Positions 37,620 through 47,700 of a DNA stretch of 64,000 nucleotides are shown piece after piece. The position numbers were made by a program, and so were the translations under genes. Location of the stretch: the NCBI GenBank assembly GCA_020630675.1, contig JAHDIR010000006.1:21132-85131 (forward strand), given 5' to 3'. Under the pieces are notes generated by a model. It saw only the letters and a program-made list of their open reading frames with translations, was not told the origin of the DNA and searched no databases. The DNA comes from Bdellovibrionales bacterium. GTDB lineage: Bacteria > Bdellovibrionota > Bdellovibrionia > Bdellovibrionales > UBA1609. The stretch's first letter is position 1. Each line of letters begins with the position of its first letter.

Positions 37620-38291
37620 TTAAGGCTGTAAAGTCTTCGTGGTGACAGAATTTACTTGGAGTTCTGTTTTTAGCTTTTCAAGGTTTTCGTTCCATAAGTC
37701 TTCCCAGCGCACAGCTAAAAGAGGTTGGGCTTGAAGCCCCAGAGACCAGCCACGAGACACCTCATTTAAAAGCAAGGGAAGCTCTTTAGGCTTTCGAAGT
37801 AAAAAATGAATAAAAGATAAAGCAATGATAAGGCCCGACAGGGGAGATTGCAATTGAGCGTAGTAAAAGCTAATGAGTCCGGCTTCTCCTTCATCGCTGG
37901 TTTCAAACCCGGTGAGTAGGTGCCATAAGTCATGTGTTTTTCTAAGTCGATAAGCTAGGTAAGCGTATTCCGAGCTGTCTTGTTGGGGGGCTTTAAATTT
38001 ATAAAAATGAGGGTCGAGGTTTTGTTTTACAATATAGTTATAAAATTCACGACCCAAAGACAAAGGGGGGAGCTGAGCTAATAAAGAAAAATCAAAGTCT
38101 TGTCGGCCGTACTGTTCTTCAAATAATTTTTGTGTTGCTGGATCACTCTTAGCCTTGTTCACTGAGTTTTGTCTTGAGTTTTTTGTGGTGATGGCATTTC
38201 CAAGCTTTAAAACCGAACGTACATCTTTAGGGTTTGCCAAGTACTTTAGTACACATTTTATAATAATTATTTTTTGAACCAGTCCAGACAA
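37620..38291 (-). CDS. Coq4-family protein (HDxxH-x11-E zinc-site motif)
   Basis: KTHDLWHLLTGFETSDEGEAGL matches the Coq4 HDxxH...E signature. The ORF contains no Met codon, so a TTG (38291) or other non-ATG start is required. Confidence 0.6.
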   Translation of the reverse strand: MSGLVQKIIIIKCVLKYLANPKDVRSVLKLGNAITTKNSRQNSVNKAKSDPATQKLFEEQYGRQDFDFSLLAQLPPLSLGREFYNYIVKQNLDPHFYKFKAPQQDSSEYAYLAYRLRKTHDLWHLLTGFETSDEGEAGLISFYYAQLQSPLSGLIIALSFIHFLLRKPKELPLLLNEVSRGWSLGLQAQPLLAVRWEDLWNENLEKLKTELQVNSVTTKTLQP

Positions 38292-38392
38292 TGTAAAAAA
38301 CTCCTTCTTGTCGATCGTGGTTTTCTACGGCAAGAGCTTGTTTTATATTAACAATTGGTGGTTCTGGCAAATAGAAGGGGAGAAATATAGAA

Positions 38393-38962
38393 ATGTTTTT
38401 TGAGAAAAATATGCTTTCAGGAATTTATTTCATTGTTACTCTTTGTGCAATACTGTCTTTTTTGCATTCTAGTCTTTTTGTTTTTAAAAACCCCAATCAT
38501 AAAAATAAAACCACTAAACTATTTTTAAAAATTCCGACTTTACTTCTTTGGTTTTCGTTTCCGATTCACTTTTTGTTTGTTCCTGGTAGTATAAACTTGC
38601 AAAGTTTGCCTTTGGCTTTGGTTTTTAGTTCAATGGCTTTGATGGTTTACTGGTTTTCTGTTTACTCTAAAAGAAACTACACCTTTTCGGTTATTCATAG
38701 CGACTTAGACAGCTCTGGGCTTTGTCGGGATAATATTTATTCTTTAGTGGCTCACCCCTTTTATCTAGCTTACATAATTGGGTATGTTTCTATTTTTTTG
38801 GCTATGCCAAACCTTATACACTTTTTTTTAACGACACTTCTCATCGCTGTTTACTTTAGAGCGGCTTACCAAGAAAAACATCAAATTTTACAAAGCAGTA
38901 TTGGAGCTGAATATAAGGCTTACTTAAAGACGGTGGGGATGTTTTTTCCTCGTTTTTTTTAG
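38393..38962 (+). CDS. ICMT/PEMT-family integral membrane methyltransferase
   Basis: Polytopic protein. VAHPFYLAYIIGYVSIF plus RAAYQEKHQILQSSIGAEYKAYLKTVGMFFP resemble the RHPxYxG and EE..L...fG.eY..Y blocks of the isoprenylcysteine carboxyl / phospholipid methyltransferase family. Confidence 0.55.
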   Translation: MFFEKNMLSGIYFIVTLCAILSFLHSSLFVFKNPNHKNKTTKLFLKIPTLLLWFSFPIHFLFVPGSINLQSLPLALVFSSMALMVYWFSVYSKRNYTFSVIHSDLDSSGLCRDNIYSLVAHPFYLAYIIGYVSIFLAMPNLIHFFLTTLLIAVYFRAAYQEKHQILQSSIGAEYKAYLKTVGMFFPRFF

Positions 38963-39103
38963 CGGCAAATTTATACAGTTTTAGCTGACCTGTTCTGTTT
39001 TTTATCAAAGCCACAAAGCCTGGGTTATCTATATTTAAAAGTATTATTTTATAGAAAAGCCTTTCATTTTTAGGTAAAGTTTACTTTTACCCATGGAGCC
39101 TGT

Positions 39104-40170
39104 ATGAAGCAAAAAGTGATTTTAGCCGCCGGAGGAACAGGTGGCCACATTTATCCAGCCATTGCCGTTGCAGATGTTTTGAAAAAATCAAATTTAGACA
39201 TACTATTTTGGGGAGCCACTCAAGGGCTTGAAAATAAAATTGTTCCACAGGCGAACTACTCTTTGACGACAGTTAAGATGGGACGACTAAATAGTAACGT
39301 TCGTAAAAGTGAAAGATTACTCACTTTATTTTTATTACCTTTAGCTTTTTTGAAAGCTATTTACATACTTTTAATGAATAGGCCTCTTTTTGTTTTGGGA
39401 TTTGGCGGTCACGCTTCGGCGCCTTTACTTTTAGCTTCTAGAATATTCCTAGTTATATTTGGGAGCCAAATGCTTTACCAGGGTTGGCCAACCGAAAATT
39501 ATCACAATTTGTTGATGAAGCTTTTGTTGTTTTCGAAGCCGCCAAAAAAAAGATGAAGTGCCCAAGTCAGGATTTTGGGTTGCCCATTCGAAAAGACGTT
39601 GAAAACACAGCTTTTGTTGAAAAACCAATTTCATCAAGTTTTAATGTTTTGATTTACGGAGGCTCACAAGGTTCTCGGGCCATAAATAATTTAATTACTG
39701 AAATTGTAAAAAATGGGCTCCTTTCTTCTGATGTTCAATTGAAGTTACAAACAGGTGTAAAGAATTTTCAAGAGGTTAAGTCGTTAGGTTTAGATCACCC
39801 GCAGTTAGAGATCGTGGAATATCTTCATGATATGCCATCGGAGTACGCTTGGGCTGACCTTACAATAGCTCGAGCCGGAACAGGGACCATCTCTGAGCTG
39901 GCTTCAGTGGGTATGCCTAGTCTTTTGATTCCTTTGCCGACATCGGCAGATAACCACCAATATGTGAATGCTCATAGCTTAGTTGAAAAAGGGGCCTCTA
40001 TTTTGTTGGAAGAAAAAAACCTAACAGCAGCGGTGTTGTGGGAGCAAATCTTAAGCTTAAAAAAGAACAAAGAAAGCTTGCTTAGGCTATCACAAAATAT
40101 TAAAAGTTTTTACAAGCCCCAAGCTGCTGAAAATATAGCGGCCTACTTGTTAAAAAAACACAATTCCTAG
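39104..40170 (+). pseudogene. murG: murG (undecaprenyl-PP-MurNAc-pentapeptide GlcNAc transferase) with its reading frame broken by a 1-nt shift near 39442
   Basis: The ORF at 39104-39556 encodes the MurG N-terminus (AAGGTGGHIYPAIAV...GFGGHASAPLLLASR). A second frame, open from 39442, continues NIPSYIWEPNALPGLANRKLSQF... through the C-domain (RAGTGTISELA) to 40170. One extra A in ...tctaga|atattcct... would restore the frame. Confidence 0.85.
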
Positions 40171-40177
40171 AGGTCTT

Positions 40178-41524
40178 ATGCAGCAAAACCGTCTGATTGA
40201 GTCTAAAGTTCATTTTATTGGTGTCGGTGGAATTGGTATGAGTGGCCTTGCTGAGTTATTACATAATATGGGAGCTCAAGTCTCAGGCAGTGACTTAAGT
40301 CAAAACTCGCAAACTGAGCATTTAAAAAAACTAGGTGTGAATGTCTTTCAGGGACACGACGAGTCGCAAGTGCATGGTTGTGATGTTGTGGTTTACACAA
40401 GTGCTGTAAAACCAACCAATGTCGAATATAAACAAGCAAGTCTGTTAGGTATTCCCTTGATTGCTCGTGCTGAAGCTTTAGCTGAAATCATGCTTTTAAA
40501 AAAAGGAGTAGCCATTGCCGGCACTCACGGTAAAACCACGACCACCAGTTTGTCGGCCTCAGTTTTTATTGAAGCTGGTTCCGATCCTACAATTGTTGTG
40601 GGCGGTCGTCTTGATTTGATCAAATCAACGGCCTTATTGGGGCAAGGGCAGTGGCTCATTGCTGAAGCAGATGAAAGTGATGGCAGTTTTTCTCGTTTGT
40701 CGCCAGAAGTTGTTGTGATCACTAATATTGATTCTGACCATATGGACCATTACAAAAGTTTTGAAAATATAAAGAGAGCTTTTTATGATTTTGCGACTCG
40801 TATTCCCTTTTATGGCCAGTTAATTTATTGTGGTGACGATGAAGTGGCTGAACATTTATTTAAAACTTTTCCTAAAAAGAAAGTCAGCTATGGCTTTTCA
40901 AAGCACAACACTTATCGATTGAGTGGTGAGCGAGGCCTGTATCAAGTTTTTCATGAAGGCGAATGTTTAGGGCAGCTTTGTATTCCAATTCCAGGTAAGT
41001 ACAATGCCTTAAATGCTTTGGCGGCTGTCGTTAGTGGTTTACAAGCTGGATTTTCTTTTGAAACTTGTGCTCGTGGAGTAAAAAACTTTCAAGGCGTAGA
41101 TCGTCGCTTTCAGCATAAAGCGACCAAAAATGGGGTAGATTATTACGATGATTATGCTCATCACCCAACCGAACTTAAAGCGGTGGTCTCTGCTTTTAAA
41201 GAAAAATTTCCCGACCGAAGATTAGTGGTTGTTTTTCAACCTCATCGTTTTTCTAGAACGCAAAGCTGTTGGTCTGAATTTGTTCAGTCTTTTGATGGTG
41301 TGGATTCCTTGTTTTTACTTAATATTTATCCGGCAGGCGAAACTCCTATTGAGGGCGTCACTTCTGAGCTTCTGGCTCAAGAAATTAAAACCGTACCTGT
41401 GGCTAATGTCCAACAAGATGAGCGCGGTTTGTCTCAAATTAAACAGTCGGTTCAATCTGGCGATATTGTTGTGACCTTAGGTGCCGGTAATATCTCAAAG
41501 TGGGGAGAGGCTATTTATAGCTAG
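40178..41524 (+). CDS. murC: UDP-N-acetylmuramate--L-alanine ligase
   Basis: HFIGVGGIGMSGLAE N-terminus and P-loop GTHGKTTTTS. Confidence 0.95.
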   Translation: MQQNRLIESKVHFIGVGGIGMSGLAELLHNMGAQVSGSDLSQNSQTEHLKKLGVNVFQGHDESQVHGCDVVVYTSAVKPTNVEYKQASLLGIPLIARAEALAEIMLLKKGVAIAGTHGKTTTTSLSASVFIEAGSDPTIVVGGRLDLIKSTALLGQGQWLIAEADESDGSFSRLSPEVVVITNIDSDHMDHYKSFENIKRAFYDFATRIPFYGQLIYCGDDEVAEHLFKTFPKKKVSYGFSKHNTYRLSGERGLYQVFHEGECLGQLCIPIPGKYNALNALAAVVSGLQAGFSFETCARGVKNFQGVDRRFQHKATKNGVDYYDDYAHHPTELKAVVSAFKEKFPDRRLVVVFQPHRFSRTQSCWSEFVQSFDGVDSLFLLNIYPAGETPIEGVTSELLAQEIKTVPVANVQQDERGLSQIKQSVQSGDIVVTLGAGNISKWGEAIYS

Positions 41525-41529
41525 TAAAT

Positions 41530-42432
41530 ATGGACTGTCCTGATTTCATTCATTCACAAGTTTGTTTAAAAAGCTATAACACCTGGAAAGTCGGTGGACA
41601 GGCTGATTATCTGGTTGAGCCCAGTAGTCTTGAGCAATTACAAAAAGCCTTGGCTTGGGCTCAAAAACAAAATTTACCTCTTTGTATTCTTGGCGATGGC
41701 AGTAATGTTTTGTTAAGTGATAAGGGTGTTGAAGGTTTAGTTGTTGTTTTAAAAAAACTGGCGAGCGTTGAATCTTATATGCAAAATGGTCATTTAAAAG
41801 TGGAAGCTATGGCCGGGGCCTCCAAGGCTGAAGCTTTAAAGTTATTTTTAAAGCATAAATTATCCCCAGCTTTATTTTTGACGGGACTGCCTGGAAATAT
41901 TGCCGGTGGCGTAGTCATGAATGCGGGGGTGGGGGAAAGCCGTGTCCCTCGAGAATTTTGTGAAATTGTCGAATGGGTGGATGTTTTACGCTTAGATAGT
42001 TTAAAGGTTGAGCGTGTTTTGTCTGAGAATATAGATTGGTCGTATCGTTCGAGCCTGGGGTGGCAACCAGGAGTCATTGTAAAAGTAGGTATGAGCTGGC
42101 CGTTAAGCCCGGAGCACCCAGATATTATGTTGGAAATAAAAAAAGCCACACGTCAAAGAATTCTTAAGCAGCCAATTAATCAGCCAAGTTGTGGCTCGGT
42201 ATTTAGAAATCCAAAGCCTCAATCTTCGGGCGCTTTAATTGAAGGTTGTGGTTTGAAGGGGTTTAGTATTGGACGGGCTCAAGTATCGACTAAGCACGCT
42301 AATTTTATTGTTACCAGTGAAGGGGCTTTAGCCACAGATGTCGATCAGTTAGTTCAGCACGTTCAGAAAACGGTAAAGTCTCACCATGGTATAAATTTAC
42401 ACCCAGAGTTTGTTTATTTAGGGCGATGGTAA
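41530..42432 (+). CDS. murB: UDP-N-acetylenolpyruvoylglucosamine reductase
   Basis: FAD-binding domain motifs (LGDGSNVL, GGVVMNAG) and the catalytic region SCGSVFRNP. Confidence 0.93.
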   Translation: MDCPDFIHSQVCLKSYNTWKVGGQADYLVEPSSLEQLQKALAWAQKQNLPLCILGDGSNVLLSDKGVEGLVVVLKKLASVESYMQNGHLKVEAMAGASKAEALKLFLKHKLSPALFLTGLPGNIAGGVVMNAGVGESRVPREFCEIVEWVDVLRLDSLKVERVLSENIDWSYRSSLGWQPGVIVKVGMSWPLSPEHPDIMLEIKKATRQRILKQPINQPSCGSVFRNPKPQSSGALIEGCGLKGFSIGRAQVSTKHANFIVTSEGALATDVDQLVQHVQKTVKSHHGINLHPEFVYLGRW

Positions 42433-42437
42433 GCACT

Positions 42438-43718
42438 TTAATTTAAAAATTGAACGTCAAAAATTTCTTGAGTATCAAGGTTTACTTTTAATGACTGCAC
42501 CGGTGTTTCTTTGTTTTCTATCAATACCGTTAATTTAGAAAATTTATCTCGAGTTAAGAACAATACTTTTTCTGGAAAGCTAAATTGGTCTACTTTAATA
42601 GTGGCATGAACCCATTCTTTTTTAACGATGAGTGGGTGGTGGTAATCAACGACCTCGGTATGACAGATACGACTGGGTTGACCATCCTTACTGTAGCCGA
42701 GAGATTGAAAAAACATTTGGGATTGACCATTTTTATTAAAGCCTATTTGTTGAAATAAACATTGAATGGAAACATTTAGTTTTAATGGTGATAGGTCTGG
42801 AGTTAAGAACGAAAAATCAATAAGAGTAGTTTCTTGCAGTGAGAAAAACTCAGGGTAGAGTCCGTGAAAGTAAAACGGAGACTCAGCTATTACATTTAAA
42901 GTTTGGTTTTGATTAAAATCAAAACTTCCGTGCATGATAGGGCCGTCATCACGCCAAGTTTTAAAACCCAACCAGCTGCCTCGGTCGACTTCTAAATCAA
43001 ACTCGTTAACCTCTTTGTGGTAGTGAAAGTTGGGAAACATTGGGCTAAATTTAGCTTTGTTAAGTTCTTGGTGCCAAATGTTTTGGTTGATTTCCTTAAA
43101 GTTTTCAGAGGTGACCAGGGCGTTGAGTTTTCTTATGTTAAAAGACGTATTGTTAAATCTAAGAAGAATGTTTTCTCGATAAAAAAGTTCATGTAAAATT
43201 AAGCGAGCTTGTTGATCTAGAGTTAATTCCTTCCAAACCGTATTATATATTGTTAGGTTTAAGCGACCTTGTCTTAAACCATTTTGGTAAATCGGTTCTA
43301 TTTGCTCTAGGGCTAATTGTAATTGGCAGTCTTCAGCAATTTTAATGGGTCCCAAGCCATAATACTTTTGGTTAGCTGGTAGTAGTGCTTCTTTTTGATT
43401 GAGATAAAATATATTAGTTCGATAATCGACTTTTGCTTTTGACCAGAAGTTATTAAATTGAAATCGGTAGTTTTTTGCTCTATTGGGATCGATGGATTGT
43501 AATTTGTTAAGGAGGTGGTTAACCTTTTCGTTTAAGTTGAGACCAGGTAGGGAAGCGTAGGTTAAGTTATGCTTAACTTCACCTTCATAGGTATCAAATA
43601 CTTGCTTTTTTCCAGAGCAATTAATAATAAAGCCGCCGTTTCCAACCTTACCCCATGAGTAAGCTGTTATTGGCATCATTAGGAAAAGTCCGCATAGAAG
43701 ATAAATAGATTTACTCAT
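42438..43718 (-). CDS. secreted hypothetical protein
   Basis: Signal peptide, then a WGKVGNGG...FDTYEG N-terminal motif. No family recognised. 4-nt overlap with the upstream regulator gene. Confidence 0.5.
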   Translation of the reverse strand: MSKSIYLLCGLFLMMPITAYSWGKVGNGGFIINCSGKKQVFDTYEGEVKHNLTYASLPGLNLNEKVNHLLNKLQSIDPNRAKNYRFQFNNFWSKAKVDYRTNIFYLNQKEALLPANQKYYGLGPIKIAEDCQLQLALEQIEPIYQNGLRQGRLNLTIYNTVWKELTLDQQARLILHELFYRENILLRFNNTSFNIRKLNALVTSENFKEINQNIWHQELNKAKFSPMFPNFHYHKEVNEFDLEVDRGSWLGFKTWRDDGPIMHGSFDFNQNQTLNVIAESPFYFHGLYPEFFSLQETTLIDFSFLTPDLSPLKLNVSIQCLFQQIGFNKNGQSQMFFQSLGYSKDGQPSRICHTEVVDYHHPLIVKKEWVHATIKVDQFSFPEKVLFLTRDKFSKLTVLIENKETPVQSLKVNLDTQEIFDVQFLN

Positions 43719-44563
43719 TTAGGCTCCTTTTTATTATTAATTTGACTGAGAGGAAAAAACTGCATTTGTATTTGATAAATCTCATCACCTTCATCAGTAT
43801 CCATAGACTCGGCAAAGGTATTAAGAAACTCTCGTAAGAGTTTTTTGGCTTGTGGTAATTTACTTTGTTTAAAACAAAGAGTGCCCGATAAGTATTCTCT
43901 TTCATCAATTCCAAATTGCTTTAAACCTTGCTGGGCATTTTTTAACATAGATGTATGATAGCTTTGAATGGCAGAACTAGTAATGTCTTCACTTGTTGAG
44001 ATATTACCATTTTTTAAATTTATTTTTTTATTTTTAACTTCAATTAAATTTGATTTTTTTAAGTTATCAATAGCTTGATAAACTTCCGCTTCTGAGACAG
44101 AAAAATTTAAATTTTGACTAATCCATGGGATGCTAAATTTAAATTTTTTTAATCGACTCATTTCTCTTATAGCGTAATGAAACCATTTACCGATCACCTC
44201 AAAGGTTCGTAAATCAATAAGGTTAAGGCTATCTTGAGTGCCAGATTGTGAAAGTCTTTGGAGTAAAACTGACTTCATTTGCGGGTTATTTTTTATCTTG
44301 GCCACCTTAATAAGGTCAATGAAGTGAGCTTTTTCTTTTTGATTTAATTTTAAATTACAACAAAGACTTTGAGTAATTTGATGGCCAGGGGCACGCTCAC
44401 CATTAATAATTTTTGAAATCGAAGATGTAGATTTCAGCCCGAGCTCTATTGACCATTGCCGAAGGCTCCATCGCCGATTTTGGTTTTTTTTAAAATAAAC
44501 AACGTCATTCAAATACGAACAATAATCATTGTAGTTTCTAATTTTTGGCTCGACGTTTGGCAT
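43715..44563 (-). CDS. TIGR02147/DUF4423-type putative HTH regulator
   Basis: N-terminal YNDYCSYLNDVVYFKK...WSLRQWSIELGLKSTSSISKIINGERAP (XRE-like HTH), about 280 aa in total. This architecture is typical of the TIGR02147 family expanded in Fibrobacter, Bdellovibrio and Leptospira. Called from memory. Confidence 0.6.
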   Translation of the reverse strand: MPNVEPKIRNYNDYCSYLNDVVYFKKNQNRRWSLRQWSIELGLKSTSSISKIINGERAPGHQITQSLCCNLKLNQKEKAHFIDLIKVAKIKNNPQMKSVLLQRLSQSGTQDSLNLIDLRTFEVIGKWFHYAIREMSRLKKFKFSIPWISQNLNFSVSEAEVYQAIDNLKKSNLIEVKNKKINLKNGNISTSEDITSSAIQSYHTSMLKNAQQGLKQFGIDEREYLSGTLCFKQSKLPQAKKLLREFLNTFAESMDTDEGDEIYQIQMQFFPLSQINNKKEPK

Positions 44564-44788
44564 TATTTAAAAGTTCCTTTATTTTTTTTAAGTTTACATA
44601 AATGTTGGCAAAATTAAAAGATTTTTTTGCCTACAAAGAAAAATAGCTTTGGCGGCCTTTTTCTAAAGGGCTTTTGAGGTCGAGTCTGTGCTTATAAGTT
44701 GAAAAATATAATTTGACCCGAATTCGAATCGTTTGCCACAATCTTTTAGAAGTTAAGTTTTTTTAAATGAGGCCAAGGAGGGTTTCTT

Positions 44789-47700
44789 ATGAAAGTGCTG
44801 CTGTTAATGCTTATTGGAGTATTTAATTTTTCCTGGTTAGTTCAGGCTAACCCAAACCCTTCGAGAAATATCGATAGCTTATCGGTCACCAAAGAAAAGT
44901 GGGAGCTTTATAAGCTTTTGGATGATATCGAGCAAGAGCTTAATTATAATGAACAATCACAAACACAAATTGAACGTTCATTTAATTTTTTTGAAAACTC
45001 TTTTAAGGCTTTGCTTTTTAGAGGTCCTCGTCCAGGTAAAGGGCTTGCAAAAATATCCTTTGAAGAAGGTCAGCAGTATAACTTTGGACATACAACTGTC
45101 GGCGGACAAAGTTCTGCCCAATTAAAATTGGTAAATACTGGTGACCAAACAGCCGAGGCTATCAGCTTTAGTGGTATGACAGCCCCTTTTTCATTTAAAG
45201 GGGGAGGGTACCCTGGTAAGGGAGGAACTTGTGGAACAACTCTTGCCCCCGAGGGCAGTTGCACTGTTGTTATTGAAGTTGAGCCAACAAGTACGAGCCT
45301 GGTTACAAATGTTTTAACAGTTATTTATGATGATGGGAATGACAAGCAAGAATCTTCTATTGATTTACAAAGTACAGGAGTGTCTCCTGCCATATTAACC
45401 ATTAGTGAAACAGACCCTTATGATTTTGGTGATGTGACGGCCGGTGCCGTTAATTCATTATTTCTTATTATTACGAATACAGGGGGCACTGCAGCGACTT
45501 CTATGAGTGGAGTTCATTTAGTGTCTCCCTTTTATTTTGCAGGTGGGAGTTACCCTGGTGCGGGTGGCACCTGTACAACAGCATTAAATCCAGGCACAAC
45601 TTGTTCAGTGGTTATTAACTTTGCGCCGGTATCAACGGGGTATGTTCTAGAAACTCTAGAGCTCAACTACTTTGATGGAGCTGCGACAGTGGCCACAACA
45701 AGAAACTTACAAGGCACGGGCTTGTCACCAGCTATATTAACAATAAGTGAGACTGACCCCTATAATTTTGGTGAAGTGACTGAAAACGGAGAAGCTGTAA
45801 GAACATTCACTGTAACAAATACAGGTGGTTCCAAAGCGGGCTCCATATCTGGTTTTGGTTTAACTCGGCCCTTTTTGTTTTCGGGGGGTGGTTTTCCAGG
45901 AAATGGTGGAGATTGTCGCACAACACTTTCTCCAGGTTCCCTCTGTCAAATAGCAATTACTTTTGCGCCGACGGCATCAGGGGTAGCCTTTGATACCTTG
46001 GAGTTAAACTACTTAGATGGGGCCGCTGCACAGACCTCAACCAGAGACTTAACTGGCTATGCCAGTGCGCCTGCTTTATTAAGCATAAAGCCATCTTTGA
46101 CCATCGATTTTGGAAATGTGCCCCTACAAGGAGAGAGTGTGGTTATGTTAACAGTCACAAACACGGGGGGCTCTGAGGCTCGGTCAATCCATGCTTTAGG
46201 TCTAAGTGCTCCCTTTTCTTATACTGGCTTAGGCTACCCAGGAACAGGTGGTGATTGTGGATCGTCGTTGCCAGCAGGTACCTATTGTCAATTGAGTATA
46301 TCATTCTCTCCTTCTCGTCAGGTGAGTAGTCTTGAAACCTTGAGTCTTAATTATTTTGATGGTGTAAAAGTAAAGACATCTTCGAAGAGTTTAAGAGGAA
46401 GAGGAGTTACACCAGCTGTTTTAACAATTTCAAATGCTCCTGAGTGGGATTTTGGAACTGTGGTTGTTGGTACAAAAAATAGAGTTCATTTGACGGTCAC
46501 AAACTCAGGAGGTTTTGAGGCATGGTCTCTGGAAGGGTTGGGGCTAGCAGCTCCGTTTTCATTTGAGGGAGGAAGCTTCCCTGGAACAACAGGTGATTGT
46601 GGGGTAACCTTAAAAGCAACGGCCTCTTGCACTTTGGCAATTTTATATTCTCCAATGGCAGTTTCGGCCGATTTTGATAAGCTTATGCTCAATTACGATG
46701 ATGGGGTCTTTAGGCAAACCGCATTCAGAGGCCTGCAAGGCGCTGCCGTGGCTCCTGCAAAATTGACAATAAGTGAGGTCGACCCTTATGATTTTGGTCT
46801 TGTTGAAATGGGTCAGCAGATTTTCCAGACATTTATTATTACAAATACTGGAGGAGCAAGAGCCACCCAGATAAAAGAAGTATCGCTTGCCACGCCATTC
46901 TTATGGAAAAAAAGAAGAGCCTCACAGAAAAAAAATCAACGAGATTGTAACTCATCATTATCTTCAGGTGATTTTTGCGAAATGGTGGTGAGCTTTGAGC
47001 CAACATCTTCAGGAGTTTTTTCTGGGTCACTGAGTTTAGACTATCATTCAGGAGTCAGTTCTGAGCAAAGTTTTAGAACGGTTGTGGGAACAGGGGCAAA
47101 CTCTGCCAACTTGGTGCTAAGTGATGGGCCTACCTATGACTTTTTAGAGGTAGCTCCTGGTCACAAAGCGTCTCATATTTTTACCTTAACTAACTCAGGA
47201 GGCATGCCAGCTGACAATATTCATTACAGCTCATTACAGGCTCCATTTAGCTTTGCTGGTGGACTATTTCCTGGTGTTGGCGGAACGTGCACGTCTATTT
47301 TATCTTCTGGATCGAGTTGTACCCTAAGTGTTGAATATGCACCTCTGGTTCCTAGTGCTGCAGATCAGGCAGAGTTAAGTATAAGTTACTCCACAGGCCA
47401 TACAATAATGTACGCAAAGCGACAGTTAGTAGGGTCGTCAAAGGGTTTACCAAAACTTGAATTTTTGAGCGGAAACTTCTTTTTTAATTTAGGGCATCGT
47501 CCAGTGGGCAGTGTTAGTTTTGCCACCTTCACGATCATTAACAATGGGTCGGCAGGGGCAACACTTAAAGAGGCTCAAATTCCTGCCCCTTTCTTTGTAG
47601 TAAAGAAGGGCCCGGTACTAAACAAAGAGGCTTGTCATAAAAAGCTGTCTCCTGGGCAACACTGTCAACTCATAGTGAAGTTTGCTCCAAAAACATTGGG

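Noticed and set aside
39436-39450. Programmed -1 ribosomal frameshift as the explanation for the split murG
   Set aside because: There is no X XXY YYZ slippery heptamer at the junction (tctagaatattcc) and no obvious downstream stimulatory structure. A 1-nt indel (error or mutation) is the simpler explanation.
39449-39637. 62-aa minus-strand ORF spanning the murG frame break
   Set aside because: It lies antisense to clear MurG-coding sequence in both plus frames and has no motif. It does not explain the disruption.
41790-42149. 119-aa minus-strand ORF inside murB, and similar ORFs at 40215-40439, 40525-40722 and 41229-41474 inside murC
   Set aside because: They overlap strongly supported Mur genes in other frames and have no independent motif support.
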